The position numbers and the translations under genes are program-made. Shown piece by piece: positions 25,526 through 39,160 of a stretch of 64,000 nt of DNA. The notes under the pieces were generated by a model. That model made no database searches. It was not told where the DNA came from and saw only the letters and a program-made list of their open reading frames with translations. Every line of letters starts with the position of its first letter. Position 1 is the stretch's first letter. The stretch comes from Sporopachydermia quercuum (Eukaryota), in the NCBI GenBank assembly GCA_001599295.1, contig BCGN01000001.1:2294001-2358000 (forward strand), written 5' to 3'.

Positions 25526-25923
25526 GTAAGTACTTTTGACTGTGTGATATAATCTCTACCAACTAGAAAGCTTGATTGTTAGATGGCTAGTTTGAGTTCG
25601 GTCTTGTGATTTCTGGAACATGGTGTGTGAAAACATTGAAATTGTTTTGAAGATTTGCTATAGGTTATCTATATAAATTGACTATCTACTGGTGAATATC
25701 ATGGTTTGTGGTATAGTAAAGTCTTCTCAAACCAGCAAAATCGACATTAGGACAAGCTTGTACTTATCGTCGCCAACAATTCCATTATCAAACACTCAAT
25801 TCAAGATGACGTAATCTTAAATTTCCTTCTGATTAGCATAATATAATCATAAAAATATGAACATTAAGTTCTACTAGTTGAGTAAATACAATTTCTCACA
25901 AGCAATACTAACAAACTGAATAG
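25526..25923 (+). other. Probable 5'UTR intron of the SUN gene
   Basis: Donor GTAAGT at 25526, a TACTAAC branch point, and acceptor TAG at 25921-25923 directly before the ATG. Confidence 0.75.
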
Positions 25924-26994
25924 ATGCAAATTCATAAATTGGCTTTGGCTTTCTTGTCACTAGGTGTCACTAGTGTCCTTGCTGAAGAACCTCATCATGT
26001 CCATCATGCTCATCGTGAAAAAAGAGCTGTTGTGACAGTTACTGTTTATGCTGATGGTTCTACTTCCCCTGAGGAAACCTCGGCCCCCGTTGCTTCTGCA
26101 ACTGCTACTGCTCCCGTTGCCTCTGCTAGTGCTGCAACTAAGTCTGCAGTCAAGTCATCCGATACCTCAGCCACCTCTTCTTCTGGTTTTTTATCTCCTT
26201 TTCAATCTCCTTCTGAGAAATTCGCTGATGGAACTATCCCTTGTTCTGAATTTCCTTCTGGACAGGGCGTTATTCCTATTGACTGGGTTGGACTAGGTGG
26301 ATGGTCTTCCATTCTCGGTCCTGATGCTAATGGCGGCTATTCAACTTGTTCCGAAGGTGCTTACTGCTCTTATGCTTGTCAGCCTGGTATGTCTAAGACC
26401 CAATGGCCTTCTACTCAACCCGGTTCTGGCGCTTCCTTGGGTGGACTTGTCTGTAAAGATGGTTTCTTATACAGAACAAATACTGATACTGACTACTTAT
26501 GCGAATGGGGCGTTGAAGCTGCTACTGTTGAATCTGAAATTGATGATGTTGTTGCCATTTGCCGAACCGATTACCCAGGTGATGAAAATATGGATATTCC
26601 AACTGTTGTTGAAGGAGGCACTTCAAACATTATTACTGTTGTTGATAGTGACAACTATTTCAAATGGCAAGGAAAATTGACATCAGCTCAATACTATGTC
26701 AACAATGCCGGTATTGGAGCGTCTGAAGGCTGTGTGTGGGGATCTGCTGATTCTAAGGTCGGTAACTGGGCCCCAATCATCTTTGGAGCTGGTCACACCA
26801 ATGGTTTGACCTACTTATCTTTGAGTCCTAACCCTAATAACCTTTCTCCTTGTAATTACAACATCAAGATTGTCGCTGATGGTGATGGTGTTATCAATGG
26901 TGATTGCAAGTATGAAAACGGTGAATATTCTGGTGGTGCCAATGGTTGCACTGTTACTGTTACCTCGGGTAAAGGTAAATTTGTTCTTTACTAG
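25924..26994 (+). CDS. SUN-family (GH132; Sim1/Uth1/Nca3/Sun4) secreted beta-glucanase-like cell-wall protein
   Basis: Signal peptide, His-rich stretch with a KR site and Ser/Thr/Ala linker. Motifs [33 protein letters not shown] and GNWAP. Confidence 0.96.
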   Translation: MQIHKLALAFLSLGVTSVLAEEPHHVHHAHREKRAVVTVTVYADGSTSPEETSAPVASATATAPVASASAATKSAVKSSDTSATSSSGFLSPFQSPSEKFADGTIPCSEFPSGQGVIPIDWVGLGGWSSILGPDANGGYSTCSEGAYCSYACQPGMSKTQWPSTQPGSGASLGGLVCKDGFLYRTNTDTDYLCEWGVEAATVESEIDDVVAICRTDYPGDENMDIPTVVEGGTSNIITVVDSDNYFKWQGKLTSAQYYVNNAGIGASEGCVWGSADSKVGNWAPIIFGAGHTNGLTYLSLSPNPNNLSPCNYNIKIVADGDGVINGDCKYENGEYSGGANGCTVTVTSGKGKFVLY

Positions 26995-27343
26995 ATCAAC
27001 ATTTAAATGATTATTCAAATGCTTTTTGTTATCAAATATATCATAAATTGGGCTGGTTTAGTTTTTTATTTCGTTTCGAGTTGATCTCGGCTTGCTTTAC
27101 TTTGGATTCCCTGGATTTAGTTTTCTCAAACTTTCATGATTAGTTATTATACTGTTTACTTATATCCCTTAACTAAGATCTCTATATTTTTACCCTTGGA
27201 TTGGTTCTCATACATTCTATACCATTGATTAAGAGTTTTTACAAACTTTCGATGTATCAGAAATCATACATATACTATTATAAATTTTATTAAACAATAT
27301 GTTACATATACTTTCCGTCTATCTAAAATGCAGTCTACAATGA

Positions 27344-28600
27344 TTATGCGGTAGAATCCGTTTTCCTCCTTTTGTTCTGTTGCATTTCCCCTTGCTCTTG
27401 TGAATTCTCTTGGGGTTCTGCAACTTGAAGATGGTTTTCTCCTTCGTTTTCACCTTCCTCTTCGTCAGCTTCATCATCCCTATTACCATCGTCATCATCG
27501 TCGTCGTCGTCGTCAGCTTCATCGTCATCATCATCGTCATCATCATCGTCGTCATCTTCCCCCTCAATATCTATTTCTTCATCCTCTTCAATGTCTATTT
27601 CTTCGTCCTCCACTTGGGCTGCTTTTTTTGTCGCTTCTGGTTGGGCTTCATTTTTCTCGTCCGTCGTTTTTGTTTTCTCGCTCTCCGTCGTTTTTGGTTT
27701 CTCCTTAGGGTTTGCAGACTTTGGTTTCAGCACATCTTCTGTATTTTCATTTTCATTTTCATTTTCATTTTCATTTTCATTTTCATTTTCATTCTCATTC
27801 AAATTAACATTTTCACCTTCATCTTCGCCTTCGACATCATCATCTTCATCGTCAGCTTCGTCGTCCTCTTCATCTTTGCCATATTCATCTTCATCTTCTT
27901 CCTCCTCGTCCACTTCCGGTTGTTCTGGTGGGTACTCATCAGCTGGTTCGTTATCCCATGCTATATTGAATCGAGTGACTCGAGGTTTCTCAGCGAGGAT
28001 GCTTCGAACAACATGTTCTACTTGTACTTTTGCCGGTGGCTTTTCCCGTAATTCTTCTGAATCATATTCATTATTTACATAGTAACCAACTCTAACAAAC
28101 TCTCGACCAGAGTATGCACAAGAAAGGAGAATTACCGTTACTGATACTAATTCTGAAGCTGGAATGAGTTCCGGTGATGGTGGATCAGCTGTAAATAGGA
28201 ACTTATTGACACCTACCGGCACAGGTCCAACTAATATGGAGTCTAATTCTTGATCGTGATCAAATCTATTAGATAGAGATATTTGTTAGCACAGATTTCC
28301 GAAATCGTATTCAGACTTTGTTCTCAAAATCTTTGTCGTAACTTACGATGTAGACGACCCCACGTAAACCAATTTCCATTCGAGATCTATGGACTGTTAG
28401 TAGATGATACCAACAAATGAAATAAGCAGTAAATCCAACAAGTTAAGGATCAATTTTTCTTCAATAGAGCAATAGTTTAATATTTTCATACCATCTTGAA
28501 GAGGCTCCAGGCATTCAAATGTGATTTCGAATTCATATGGATCAGTAAATTTTGCTGGATTATTGAGGACCTTTATCCCTAGTAAAGAAACGATGGACAT
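27344..28600 (-). CDS. ASF1: Histone H3/H4 chaperone Asf1, 3 exons, long acidic tail
   Basis: Exons 28600-28492, 28386-28347 and 28265-27344 give [76 protein letters not shown]. Confidence 0.97.
27743..27800 (-). repeat. (GAAAAT)n hexamer repeat encoding (EN)n in the Asf1 tail
   Basis: Tandem TTTTCA units on the + strand. Confidence 0.93.
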
Positions 28601-31600
28601 TTCAATGAGAGTGTATTTACGAGTAACAATATGTGAAAAGAAGAACAATGGTTTTATAGGATGCCAAATAGTACTAGGATCAAAACAGAAGATGATACAT
28701 TCCTATTCAATGGATCAATGATTTTTGATTTGTGCTTTGAGTGGATTGATTGTTATAAAATAATTGACGCGTTGATCACAGAGCTTTTATTAACTTTACA
28801 ATTGATTGTCCGATATCTGCGCCAAAATGTCCGATATTTGCCAAGTGTATGTTCAACACTATACTATCACGGACACCTTTTGGACAACAGCGCTTTAGAG
28901 CACAGACGAGACTCAATGTTGACAACGACAGTTTAGTAAGACTAATCAGTCTACCAAGTAAGAGCAACAAATAGTCAAATAATATAAAAAATGGTTTTAA
29001 TTCGAAAAAGCTTTGGTTGAACTTTGTTCTAAGGATTGGAATCTAATATTGAGTTTGAAAGAATATCAGGAGCAGATGAAATAACTTAATATATCGGATG
29101 ATAGAGAATACCTTTGGTGAAATCATAGTTACGTTCGAAGACTAGAATTGAATAACATTCAAAGGAACTTAGAAAGGCCATGATAAGTAAATCTTATCAT
29201 TTGGTGCAATAAAATTAGATTAATGGATTCCAGACTTATGTAAAGAACATGGTTAGTGTCATAAGGTTTAGATTTGTCGAGTTACTCAACCTGAGACTGA
29301 AGTCTAGAGTTCTTAATCGGAGATTATTTAGTGAACCAGGGTAAAATTTAACATAATACTCAAAAGCCAAACCTTTTAGTTTGAGTCCAATTCCCTTAAA
29401 TTGATAACTCTATGATCAAAACCTTTTATTTAAGGAGAAGTTCTCAAAGATGGAACCTCTAGATGAGCTAATGCTCCCGACTTGAACCAACTTTCAGTTG
29501 TTATGCAATTTGCTTCAATAATACATAGTAACCAACATAATGTTTTATCTTTTTTCTATTTTTCTATTTTTCTATTTTTTTCCTATTTTATTTATTTATT
29601 TTTTGGGTTTGAGAAGCCATCAGAGGAATGGATTACACATTGAATATAGGAGTATGCTCGAATAAAGCGAGCAAGAATAATAATTAAAGTTGAAGTTTGA
29701 GAGATACCTCATTCTGAAGGACATTAAATTAAAGTTACAATTCTAAAAGGGAAAGTGAATTTAGGTACTAAACGAGACATTTAAATCATCAATCTATCTA
29801 TTTATTAATGGCCGTTCCATAAAAATAAATCCCTTTTTTGCAGCATGGTACGAATCAAATCAATAATTCGGCCCTACAAAGAATGATTAAAAGAGAACCC
29901 ATTAAAAAAGACTGCAGTTTTACTACGAGACACACCATCTGAGAATTCAATTCTCCCATTGAACTTGGAGCTATGAGATAATAACTTTTGAAAAGGACTC
30001 AAACAGAAACTATGATAAGAGTAGTATTTGTTCTAAATTGCTTGGAGACCTATGTTTTCTTCCTTAACAACCTAACGCTCGGATAAAGTCAATAAGCAAT
30101 TGGTTTTCCTGGGTTCATCCGTTTCAAAAATTTGGAAGTCAAACAAGCTATTCCATTATCTTCAAATAACTTCTTTACCAACAATACAAATCACTAGATA
30201 TTGCCCTACTGAATAGGCTATGAGAAAAAAGTTCAGGATATGGGAATAAGTTGCCCACCAAACAAAAATATAATTGAAACAATATGCACTAATGGTACTC
30301 AAATTAATCAGATGATATAGCTTTTGCTCTAATAAGTGATAAGATTTGTAAAAGATAGTAATTATTCCGCTCAAAACTTTTGCTAATTTATGTACGTATT
30401 TCAGACTAAGATATATAATCATTCTTCGACTTTTNATGTGACCTCATAATCCTTTACAATCTAAACTTTGTCTACTCAAAGTTTGCCGTTTCGCAACTCA
30501 TAAATAAGCTGAATATACTTTAGCACACGTTATTGAGTAGTTTAACTGTTATTGACTATATTGACTATTTCGAGCGGATGATTGGAACTTAGTATTAGCC
30601 ACTTCACTAGACAATCAAATGCCTTTTGCTTTTAAAATTGACAATGTCAATACCTGGGGAACTTATCAATTCAATTCACAACGAAAAGTGAAGAAACTGA
30701 TTCTAGATTCTTGACTGTAAAGAAGTCAAGCGCCTAAGTGATATCAGAAATGAATCACTTAAGTTTTCAACAGTACAGGTTCTCATAAAGCAAAAACTTC
30801 AGAAATACCAAGAGATGGCATTCACGAGGGTTTTCTCTGTCACATATTATTCTGCTATATTAATATGATAGTTTATTTTCAAGTAACCTTTGGTTGATGT
30901 TCTCAAAGTTACCGTTTATTCGTCTTCAGGCATACCAATCACTCTGAAGCTTGATGCTCATCGAAGTTTATTAATTTAGGGCTCAGGCATAAAACTAGTA
31001 GGGCTATTCATTTTTAATATTGGTTCTTGATTACGTTAATATAAACTAGTTCTAATTGACTAACTTTAAACAAATTTGCTTAGGATCTTATCACTAGCTT
31101 ACTGTTATTCTCTTGTTCGATTAGATTGCTCTTATCTTTCAGTACCGAAGTCGAAAGCATCTTCTTACTACGTTCAAATTCTAATGAAAGTCCCCACTTG
31201 CAACTGTCGAAATCACATTCTTCTATTTTATTTCACTTTTCAAATGAAAAACCTTTCTGCAATTTTTTCCAGTAGTAAGTAAATATTTATTCTTGTTTTA
31301 ACATTTCCAAACGAACAGAATGCTAGAATCTTACATGTGACTTAGTTAAAGTCAACAATTAAGGTTTATAGTGATATTTTAGCTGAAAGCCACAAAGTGT
31401 GTCGAACTTTATATTATAATTTAAGCGAAGTTTCTTTCATCTTCACAAGCATTAAATTGTTAAGAACGTTATTTATTTACGAGTTAACACAAACCTAATC
31501 TCAACAAGCATATCTCAATATTTTCTTTGAATATATTCTCTCATCCAGAGAGGCTAACTTGTTTAGCTTTTTATTATTAAAGCCACAGCAAATCCTCATA

Positions 31601-32405
31601 AAAAATTTACTTCAGTTGTTTCAACATTTAGTCAAATAATGAATAAAAGAATTGGTCGTTTTTGAATGTCTCGTAGATAGCTACGACCAAGTTTACTCCA
31701 ACTGCCTCCCTCCCTAAATTAATATTGTCACTATCTCATCACAATCATCATAACCATTCCACAAATTTACCATTGTTCTCTTTTCAAGTATTTTTTATTG
31801 TCTTACTAATCTTGCAACTTCTATTTTTTGCTTCTCCATTGTTTATTCATGTATATGAGAAGAGGTTGGTTAGTATAGTCACACACCAAATACTTNATCT
31901 TCAAGCTGCAACAGTTTTCAGAAATTCCAACAGCAGTTTCTCTCCTCTATTGACATAATCATAAAAAACTTTCAGCTTCTCATCTAATATCAGTTGATTA
32001 CCAAGGATTAGGCTTTGTTTCCGGCACAATTCAGNATTACAATTTCTTGCAATAGGTATTATTTCGATAAAACCTTTATCAAAAATTTTAAATAACCGTT
32101 GAGCTCTTTATTGTTCTTTCATAGATTTTGTTCTGGAGAATGGTAAAGAATGCAAAGGTTTCTGGAGTGAATTGTTTTTTGTTTGTAACAAGAGTTTGTA
32201 ACTCTCAAATTTCTTATAACAAGAGAGTTCTGCTATTTTCCCTTTTGCTGTTTCCTCTGAATCTTATAAGTTTTGGTATTATTTCTATTTCCTTTTTTCT
32301 CTCTTTTTTCTCCTTTCGTTTTTTTCTCTTTCTTTTTGTACTATGATGAAAGACCTAATATACTTTTATACAGCTTTTGACAAGTTTGAAATATATTTCT
32401 CAAGT

Positions 32406-34727
32406 ATGGATTTGCTAGGGAACCAAGAAGTTTATTACGGTTCCTCTGGATGTGCTAATTCAGAGTATACTAGTAATGGCCTTGCTATTGAAGAAGATGT
32501 TGGATTGCAAGATGAAATTAGCAGATGTGAAGAAAATAGTAACCACAATGGATTCAAAGAATACGGATCAGAAAATGAAGTTGGAGGAAGAAATATGACC
32601 GGAAATCCCATGGGAAATTCTGTGGAGATTTCAATGGAAATTGATGGTTCCTCACCAAATGCAGTACCTTTTCTAGATGCAATCCACTATCAAACAGAGT
32701 CTGGAAATATCACTGAGATACACAACAATGTTTCAATCACCAGAAACGATGAAGTTTTAAACTATTCTCTTGGTTATAGTTCACATATGGATGGCCAAAA
32801 TTTCAATTCAAATGATACAACTAGAAATGTCTATGAAACACATCAGAACGTGTTTAGAACTTCCTCCTTAGAAGATAGTTTATACATGAGAGCAACAAAT
32901 ACCAACTATATAAATCCTCAAGAAGCTGAGTCGTATCAACAAAACCAAGAAATGTCTACCAATATCCAGAGTTTTCAAGAACGGTATTCTCCCACGTCAA
33001 ACATTAGAAATGAGTTTAACAATATCCAGGGTTCAGAAAACCAATTTGCAGACCGCCAACCAAACAATGTCAATGGTTATGGTTTATCTATTGATCAAAG
33101 TGCCTTCTTGAATTCCTNTCCTGGATATGATGCAAATACTCATTATAATTTAGAAGATCTTAGTATGGAAGAAAACAATCTAAGAAGTCATACTATACAA
33201 GAAGCAGAATCACATACTGGTTATGTAACTCCGAGAATTGGAAGCTCTCAAGATACAATACTCGAAATTGATACATTCTCACCTGAAGTAACCAGGAAAA
33301 CAAACTTTCAAAATGTACTGAGAACGCAAGAGTTTCAACAGAGTTATAATAACCAACGGAAGCATAAGGTAATTGCNTTTGCAAACAGAGACCAATATAT
33401 AAACAATCATAGTACACGCTCAACTAGAATGCAAATTGGAAAATTGCTACCAATATCAAGAAGAACAATCAGTCCTAACAGTAACAAAAGTTCAACAGCA
33501 TCTCCTGATATAACGAGAGATATTAGACTTGGAAGTTTTGATTCAAGCAATCTTTCGGAAGATTCATTGTCGACTGAGAATATTATTGAATTGGGAAAAA
33601 CAATTAATAACAGCTATCAACGAAATCTTCAAGCTCTTGCAAGCAGTTCTATGAATCAAGTATCAAGTCAGAAACGCAGTAACAGTGACAGTTGTGTTAT
33701 CGTAAATAGAGTTAGAAGTGGTGCAACAATTGTTGAATTAAATGAGACAAAAGAAGAAAAAGGAGAGACGGCTGGTAGAGATTCCAGAACACTATCCGCA
33801 GCAAATCAACAAATTGAAACTGTGGATCCGGCAGTATCATTCGAGACAAAAAGCTTGAGTGAACAAAGTAACCATGAAATGATGAAGCTAAGACAAGAAG
33901 AACGAAAGAATGGCCTATTCATTGGAAGTGGAATTCTATTCGAAGTTTGTCACGATGATTGGTTCAACTTTGCATTGCAACCCACTGATATTGATAAATT
34001 GGCAGAAGCTTTAGAAGATGAGTCTGAAGTAGCACAGCCACTTACATGCATATGCGGAAGACATTTTTGTAAAATAAAGAAAGAGACTGTCAAGGGTTCC
34101 CCATGTTTTAATAATGGAATTTGTCAATGCCAACATGCTGAACATCAAAACCTTGCAAATGAACTCAACATTAAAAAAAAGACGGAAGAAAGAAGAGCAA
34201 AAAAGTCTTCCTCTCCAGAAAGTAGAAAATCAAAAGTGAATAAATTGGAAAAGAACATCTCAGCTAAAAAGAATAAACAGATATGCGTTAAAGGCTGTCC
34301 AGCCTGTGAAAAGAAACGTCTTACATTCTTAAAAAGAGGTCATGGTTTGGTTAGCGTTGTGTATGATCATGAGATATATCTTGGTGAGGATTATAGAGAA
34401 AAACCACTGCCAATAGTTAAGCTTGGATATGTATTTGGTTCAACAAATTGTCGAAATAAGTTAGCTTGGACAAGAAGGTCCACCGAAGAAGTCAAGAAAG
34501 AACGATTAAGAAAAGAAAAAAAAGCCACAATGGGGAGAGACGAATCAAAAGACTTAGAAACTTCCGCAAAGAATGACATAGCTGGAAAAATGTCCAAATG
34601 CCCAACAAATTCAGAGATTGCTAGATTTTCAGAAATTTCAGAACATTTCGAAGATTGGGGAACCATAGAAGTCGACCAAAGTTTGGATGAATTTACCGGA
34701 ATTCATAAATCCAAGAACAAAATATGA
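32406..34727 (+). CDS. Uncharacterised protein with an N/S/Q-rich low-complexity N-terminus and a basic Cys/His-rich C-terminal region
   Basis: Uninterrupted ORF of more than 2.3 kb in AT-rich DNA. The start may be 32343, 32346 or 32406; I prefer 32406 because a pyrimidine tract and acceptor-like TACAG (~32373) precede it. No family recognised. Confidence 0.8.
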   Translation: MDLLGNQEVYYGSSGCANSEYTSNGLAIEEDVGLQDEISRCEENSNHNGFKEYGSENEVGGRNMTGNPMGNSVEISMEIDGSSPNAVPFLDAIHYQTESGNITEIHNNVSITRNDEVLNYSLGYSSHMDGQNFNSNDTTRNVYETHQNVFRTSSLEDSLYMRATNTNYINPQEAESYQQNQEMSTNIQSFQERYSPTSNIRNEFNNIQGSENQFADRQPNNVNGYGLSIDQSAFLNSXPGYDANTHYNLEDLSMEENNLRSHTIQEAESHTGYVTPRIGSSQDTILEIDTFSPEVTRKTNFQNVLRTQEFQQSYNNQRKHKVIXFANRDQYINNHSTRSTRMQIGKLLPISRRTISPNSNKSSTASPDITRDIRLGSFDSSNLSEDSLSTENIIELGKTINNSYQRNLQALASSSMNQVSSQKRSNSDSCVIVNRVRSGATIVELNETKEEKGETAGRDSRTLSAANQQIETVDPAVSFETKSLSEQSNHEMMKLRQEERKNGLFIGSGILFEVCHDDWFNFALQPTDIDKLAEALEDESEVAQPLTCICGRHFCKIKKETVKGSPCFNNGICQCQHAEHQNLANELNIKKKTEERRAKKSSSPESRKSKVNKLEKNISAKKNKQICVKGCPACEKKRLTFLKRGHGLVSVVYDHEIYLGEDYREKPLPIVKLGYVFGSTNCRNKLAWTRRSTEEVKKERLRKEKKATMGRDESKDLETSAKNDIAGKMSKCPTNSEIARFSEISEHFEDWGTIEVDQSLDEFTGIHKSKNKI

Positions 34728-37700
34728 TATAGGCAAGAAAGAAGAAGAAAGAGAAAATAAGGGTTTTCTGACCCAAGCCATAGCAACTCATGAGAATTAG
34801 TAACATTTCTTCAGTTGTCTTTTCTGAAATGCAATCAAGATTGTACTCGTTGTNTTACTTATTCTACAACAAATGCCTTTTATTTATTTATTATCTTATT
34901 GTTATTTATACTAGAATTATCTTCAAAAATATTGTTTCAGTTCTTCTTTATTTAGAATTTTTTTTTTCATATTTTCTGTCTTTGAAAGGTTTATGAGTTT
35001 TTTTTCCACTGGTTTTACTTACTTAGTTTTAATTGGCAAGCTCCCCAGCTGTTCTGCCAACTATTTGTTTTTAGTTCATAGTTTCAATGGTTAGACTATT
35101 TTCATCGCATTGTATGCCCAATGTAAAATATTTAATTGTCTTCCGTCCACTGATGGCTGATAAGTGAAAGACATGTTGGGTAGAACGCTCCTGTAGTTGG
35201 TATCAATCAATGAAGATACCGTTATGTGGAGCGAGTTTCTTTTACTTGGAGAAACCAAGTGCACTGAAGTGCTGACACAATTGCATGAATTGCGAGAAAC
35301 ATATGAAATACGCAACTGGCACATATATGGAAAAAGAAAAGGGAAAAAAAACTGCTATATCCTATATTAAACACCAGCGTAGGAGTATATGTCTAACCGT
35401 TTGATCGTTATTATACAGGAAGCAAACGTAGGTCGTGAAAGGCCCATGAAAAATTCCCAATGTAGAACAATAAGATTTCAATAAGATTAAGGTTAAGAAG
35501 TCAGAGGTCCAAACTTAAATTTATAACAGTTTTAACCTTATTGTTTGAATCAGGAAATCATAGTGGAAATTTCCTTATTGGGATAGAAGTTTACCGAATG
35601 TGGATTTACATGACTATAGTCGTGGAAAAGGTGATTTAATATAGAGAAAAGGGTGCTCAAAGCTATGAAAGCTACACAAGAGAGGTAAGCTATCGTTGGT
35701 AGTGGCAGATTTGCAAAGCCTGGGTATAGCATAATGTATGAGAGGCCTTATTATGGGACACAACAACATAATGTTTTGTGGAAAAAGCTTGTACAGATAA
35801 ACTCAAGGCAGCTAGCTGGATAGGCAGTGACAGAACACGCAACAAGTAAATTTCAAATTTACAGAGAATAGAAAGCAATTACTTATTGGAAATGGGCTTA
35901 TGTTGACTGGAAAGATATAGACAGTTATTATTCTAGAAACATCACATGTCACATAACATCCAGTGTAGTCTCCAAGCACCTCTGTTCGAAGCTGAACCTT
36001 TTTGTATTGTTCTTATCTTCAACCGATACCCTTTTTTTTTTTTGAAATCCAGAGATCTCAGGCAGTAATTCTTGGCTCCGACTCTTTAGTTTGACAGTAA
36101 CCAAGNGTTAGGATATCTTTTTCAGTATTGCGAGGAAAGCATCTTACATTCTCGTAATTAATCGGCTGCCATATCCTCACACAACCATTCATTCCAATCT
36201 CCAGTTCAATGATGAGGTAATCCTTAATGACCATAGAGTGTTCCATGTATAGCAACTTTAATCTCAATATAAACCTTAATTGCTTGGGTATATTGTACTA
36301 ANAAATATACGAATGCTATGTCTCCAATGAACATTACAATACAACCTTCAACAAGTTGATTGGATTGAATACTCATATGAAGAGACCAATCTATCCTTCT
36401 ATTCCAACGGTCCCTCTACCGTTTTTGCTCTTCATATATACTTATAAGGAAGGTGTGTACCTGATTTGAAGATTTGAGATTAGGATTCCAGAGATTTGAG
36501 TAGTTTATGTGCTACCATCCATAACTGCAATATAGCGAGAGTGCTTTTTACCATGACGTTTACATCACACTATTTTTTATATACTTGGTTGAACAACTAC
36601 ATGCCTTTTCTTCTTCCAGCTGGTACTGGCATGGGAAACTGAACCCTGGCTTATGCACGTTCATTAAAATACTCAACAATTGCGAATTCAATTTACAAAG
36701 CCTAAAAGTGGTATAGCTTACAGAGGAATTATGTAATTTTTCAATTTGCGCAATGCATGCATAGAATGAAAGCTTAGTCACTTTGAGTAAAAGATCCCCG
36801 GGAACTGACTCTATTGAAGTAGAGCNAATGTCACCATCATTGAATTACTCTTGTCAGCTCTTCCTGCGAAAAAATATTGAGTAAATTTGGCCTTGTATAT
36901 TTCGAGTCTAATTTCGGTTCCAAAGCAAGCAACTATTTTCCCACATTTCATTCTTTTCCTTCATGCAATTGGAAATCAACTGATTGATTTTCGCATTTCA
37001 TTCATATTCATATAAGGAAACGTATTTGATGTTTTCTGAGGCCAGATCCCTCCCTATCAGGAATAAGGTTAACGTTGCAACTTTAAAGTTTAAGGTACAT
37101 GTAGATGCATACTGGAAGTGGTTGTTCAGGAACGAAGAACCGAATTACCTGTACAATAACAAATCGTGAGTTATATGGTACTGGTTTAGCGATTTCGCTG
37201 GANGATTTGGGGAAAAATAGGAGGATATTGCAAGATACGCATTGTGATGCTTTGTTGATCTCTTAATTTTTGCTTGCTCTTGGAGATTGAAGAGTTGGAT
37301 TCTTAGTTCTCGCTGTGATCCAATAGAATGAAACTTTAATGCAGAAGGCATGAGTCGTCGTTGTTCATAAGAATCAACTGGAAGCTTTGAATATAGTTCA
37401 GAAATATAGAAGAAGAGTTTTGACCTCTCCTATTTGTAATCAAAAATAATTTATGTAAAGTAGGCACACATCCTAGAGTCAACTGACTTACACTAGAAGG
37501 AGTTTCATCGAAGATCTGATACCCGCAGTTCTGAAAGATCTTAACCAAATTGTGCCTACTAGAAGATTATAAAGATCAATCAAATAGTGGTACCACTACT
37601 AATTTTACACATGCAATTTTCATTCAATAGAAATATGACATTCTCCATATTGCATTGCCAATTTAACAATCAAGGTCATCTTAAGTATTCAGTATTCACT

Positions 37701-39160
37701 TTACAACTAAGAACATCAAGTCTACCCATTCACTTCCAACATTCTTTGTTTCAGTGCTTTTCTTTCACACCCAGTGAAGTCCCTAACTCACTAAACCCAA
37801 CATGAACCTTCTTTGTTCTCATAGTTTCTCAGTTTCTGCTTCTGTTTGTTTTAATATCACTACGCTTGTCTTTCTTACTCATCTCATCTCAACCCGCTTA
37901 CCATTACAACCATTAATCGCATTAATCAATTGATCTCTCAACCTTCCCATCCAATCTCAAATAACGTTCATTACCTAAACCTTAGTTTTCACACTGTGTC
38001 TAAAAATAATTTTTAACTTCTTCCGTACACCTTAATTTATTGTCAGAAGTTCACAAACATAACTTTTTATTTGAAGGGGAAAAAATTCCAACTGGTTGTC
38101 TTTTCATCTAATTAATGAATCATCCAAACAGCCTAGCCTAGCCTCAACATTCAAACATCTAAACTGACGAGTTAATTCATTTACTGTTGAAGATTCAATC
38201 AAGGTAACTACGAGAATCAATTATTTAATACGCTTTGTATTATTCGACTGCAACACTAATTAGTTGTTTTGTATAGCAAAGCAATTGTCAGCTACCGTCT
38301 TTTTCTCCTTTCTCGCGGGTACTCCGACGGCGCAAATCCATTGCCTGAGAACACAAGCGAAGATCAAACTTGTTGGCCGTTTTTCAACTACCATTAAGAG
38401 CCGCGAATCGACTGAAAATCGAATCAACATCATAGAATATTCATTGGAAAGGACTTTGGATTTATTATATAGGGAGATACGATATAGAGAGATATACAAC
38501 TCCTTACTGTATTTGCGGTTGCGAACAAAAGATAGCTACGCAATTACTCGAGAACGTCAAATAAGAACTGAAGAGGAAGTCAGCTTGATAGTAATATCGC
38601 TTTTAGCTAAGAAACAGGATATCTAANCGTTGTTATTAAATATAAATAATTTCAACCATTTGGAGAAGCAACTTGAAGGCTTTCAATAGTAAAGTTAAAC
38701 TGAGATTTTCTACCAAATCAACGAGTTTCTACGAGTACTAGTCTTCAACTGTTTTGTGTTGTCGTTGTAAATTATCGAACATTAAATAGTCGAGTCTTGC
38801 AGTGCATTCACCAACAAGTTCTATAAAAGATTCATACTGTAGTTCATATTATATTACACCTTTCTTCATTACCAATCAGAACAATGAGCTTATATTCAGA
38901 AAAGTTTCAAGCTCTCAAGTTCTAATCAGTTACTGCCATCAACCTATTCAAATACATGGACACATCAAATCAAACTGACCTAATCGCAGTATAATTTCAC
39001 AGGATCTACTGACACTGCGAGACTAATCTCACATAAACAACCATCACCCTGTGAATATTCCATAGATATTCATTCTACATCTTGGTCTCACCAATAAACC
39101 ATCATTGAAAGCTTGAAGTCGACATGCATATATAAGAGGAGAAGCGCGATTTTACTCCGG

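Noticed and set aside
27400..28082. Three long + strand ORFs with His-, Ile/Phe- and Ser-rich repeats
   Set aside because: Antisense shadows of the repetitive ASF1 acidic tail.
8805..34727. Monooxygenase, velvet and orphan gene as a functional cluster
   Set aside because: They are separated by unrelated housekeeping genes, and no backbone enzyme, transporter or shared motif links them.
38260..38626. Overlapping 79-aa and 120-aa ORFs
   Set aside because: Non-ATG starts and no motifs. They lie in the likely promoter of the BOP3-like gene.
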